Source: an uncultured Clostridium sp. (GTDB taxonomy: Bacteria > Bacillota > Clostridia > TANB77 > CAG-508). From it: a DNA stretch of 37,974 nt. The notes under the pieces were generated by a model. The model saw nothing but the letters and a program-made list of their open reading frames with translations, was not told the DNA's origin and did not search any database. The stretch spans positions 1 through 37,974 of the forward strand of contig CAZWIF010000004.1 of the NCBI GenBank assembly GCA_964634355.1. The letters run 5' to 3'. A program made the translations under genes and the position numbers. Positions 37,833-37,974 of this stretch are shown piece by piece. The stretch's first letter is position 1; every line of letters begins with the position of its first letter.

Positions 37833-37875
37833 TAGGAACGTTTCATATAAACAAGAGATGTTCCTATGTTTATTT
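37833..37875 (+). terminator. possible terminator after the small membrane protein gene
   Basis: A TAGGAAC ... GTTCCTA 7-bp stem with a long 20-nt loop is followed by TGTTTATTTTT. This one is weak. Confidence 0.35.
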
Positions 37876-37944
37876 TTCTGTTGAAAAATAAGTATTTTTT
37901 GAAAATGAGTTATTACATATTTTATATAAAATAAGGAGGTAGCA

Positions 37945-37974
37945 ATGAAGAAAATCGGTGATGAATATACTAAT
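37945..37974 (+). CDS. 5' end of an unidentified CDS, truncated by the window edge
   Basis: An ATG preceded by a strong AAGGAGG SD at 6-nt spacing. Only 10 codons (MKKIGDEYTN) are visible. Confidence 0.3.
   Translation, partial: MKKIGDEYTN

Overview
This is a visibly AT-rich chromosomal segment that looks like a Clostridia-class Firmicute. It carries 31 supportable protein-coding genes, almost all on the + strand. By eye I found no rRNA, tRNA, CRISPR array, transposase or integrase. The window falls into four parts. (1) 70-6021 holds sugar-phosphate and housekeeping genes: a phosphohexomutase, manA, pfk and argS. (2) 6026-20003 is a Wzx/Wzy-type cell-surface glycan locus. It has an LCP ligase, a priming phosphoglycosyl transferase, a manC-gmd-rmd-like GDP-6-deoxyhexose branch, five GT4 domains and a Wzx flippase. 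One GT4 domain is fused in frame to a Wzy/O-antigen-ligase-like membrane domain. A convergent MBOAT plus AlgX/AlgJ-like O-acylation pair follows at 20096-22758 on the minus strand. (3) 23134-26887 holds a translationally coupled triad followed by a CaCA-type cation exchanger. The triad is a membrane-anchored CotH kinase, a VTC (Vtc4-like polyphosphate-polymerase) domain protein and a DUF4956 membrane protein. This is my best candidate for an uncharacterised system, possibly PPK-independent polyphosphate synthesis and export feeding an extracytoplasmic kinase. (4) 26953-37814 holds priA, def, an aspartokinase lacking its ACT domains, an ArsR/SmtB regulator with a P1B-type Zn/Cd ATPase, lexA, dxs, a ComEC-type MBL hydrolase broken by a 1-nt frameshift, and a small membrane protein. 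Three non-genic signals stand out. A GC-rich 20-bp perfect palindrome (GGGCACGGTGCACCGTGCCC) recurs at least four times just after stop codons, with a fifth compensatory variant. A 423-bp tract is 100 percent identical between two otherwise diverged tandem GT4 paralogs. Several promoters and operators are close to consensus. All functional calls come from motif recognition in the supplied translations; no database search was run.
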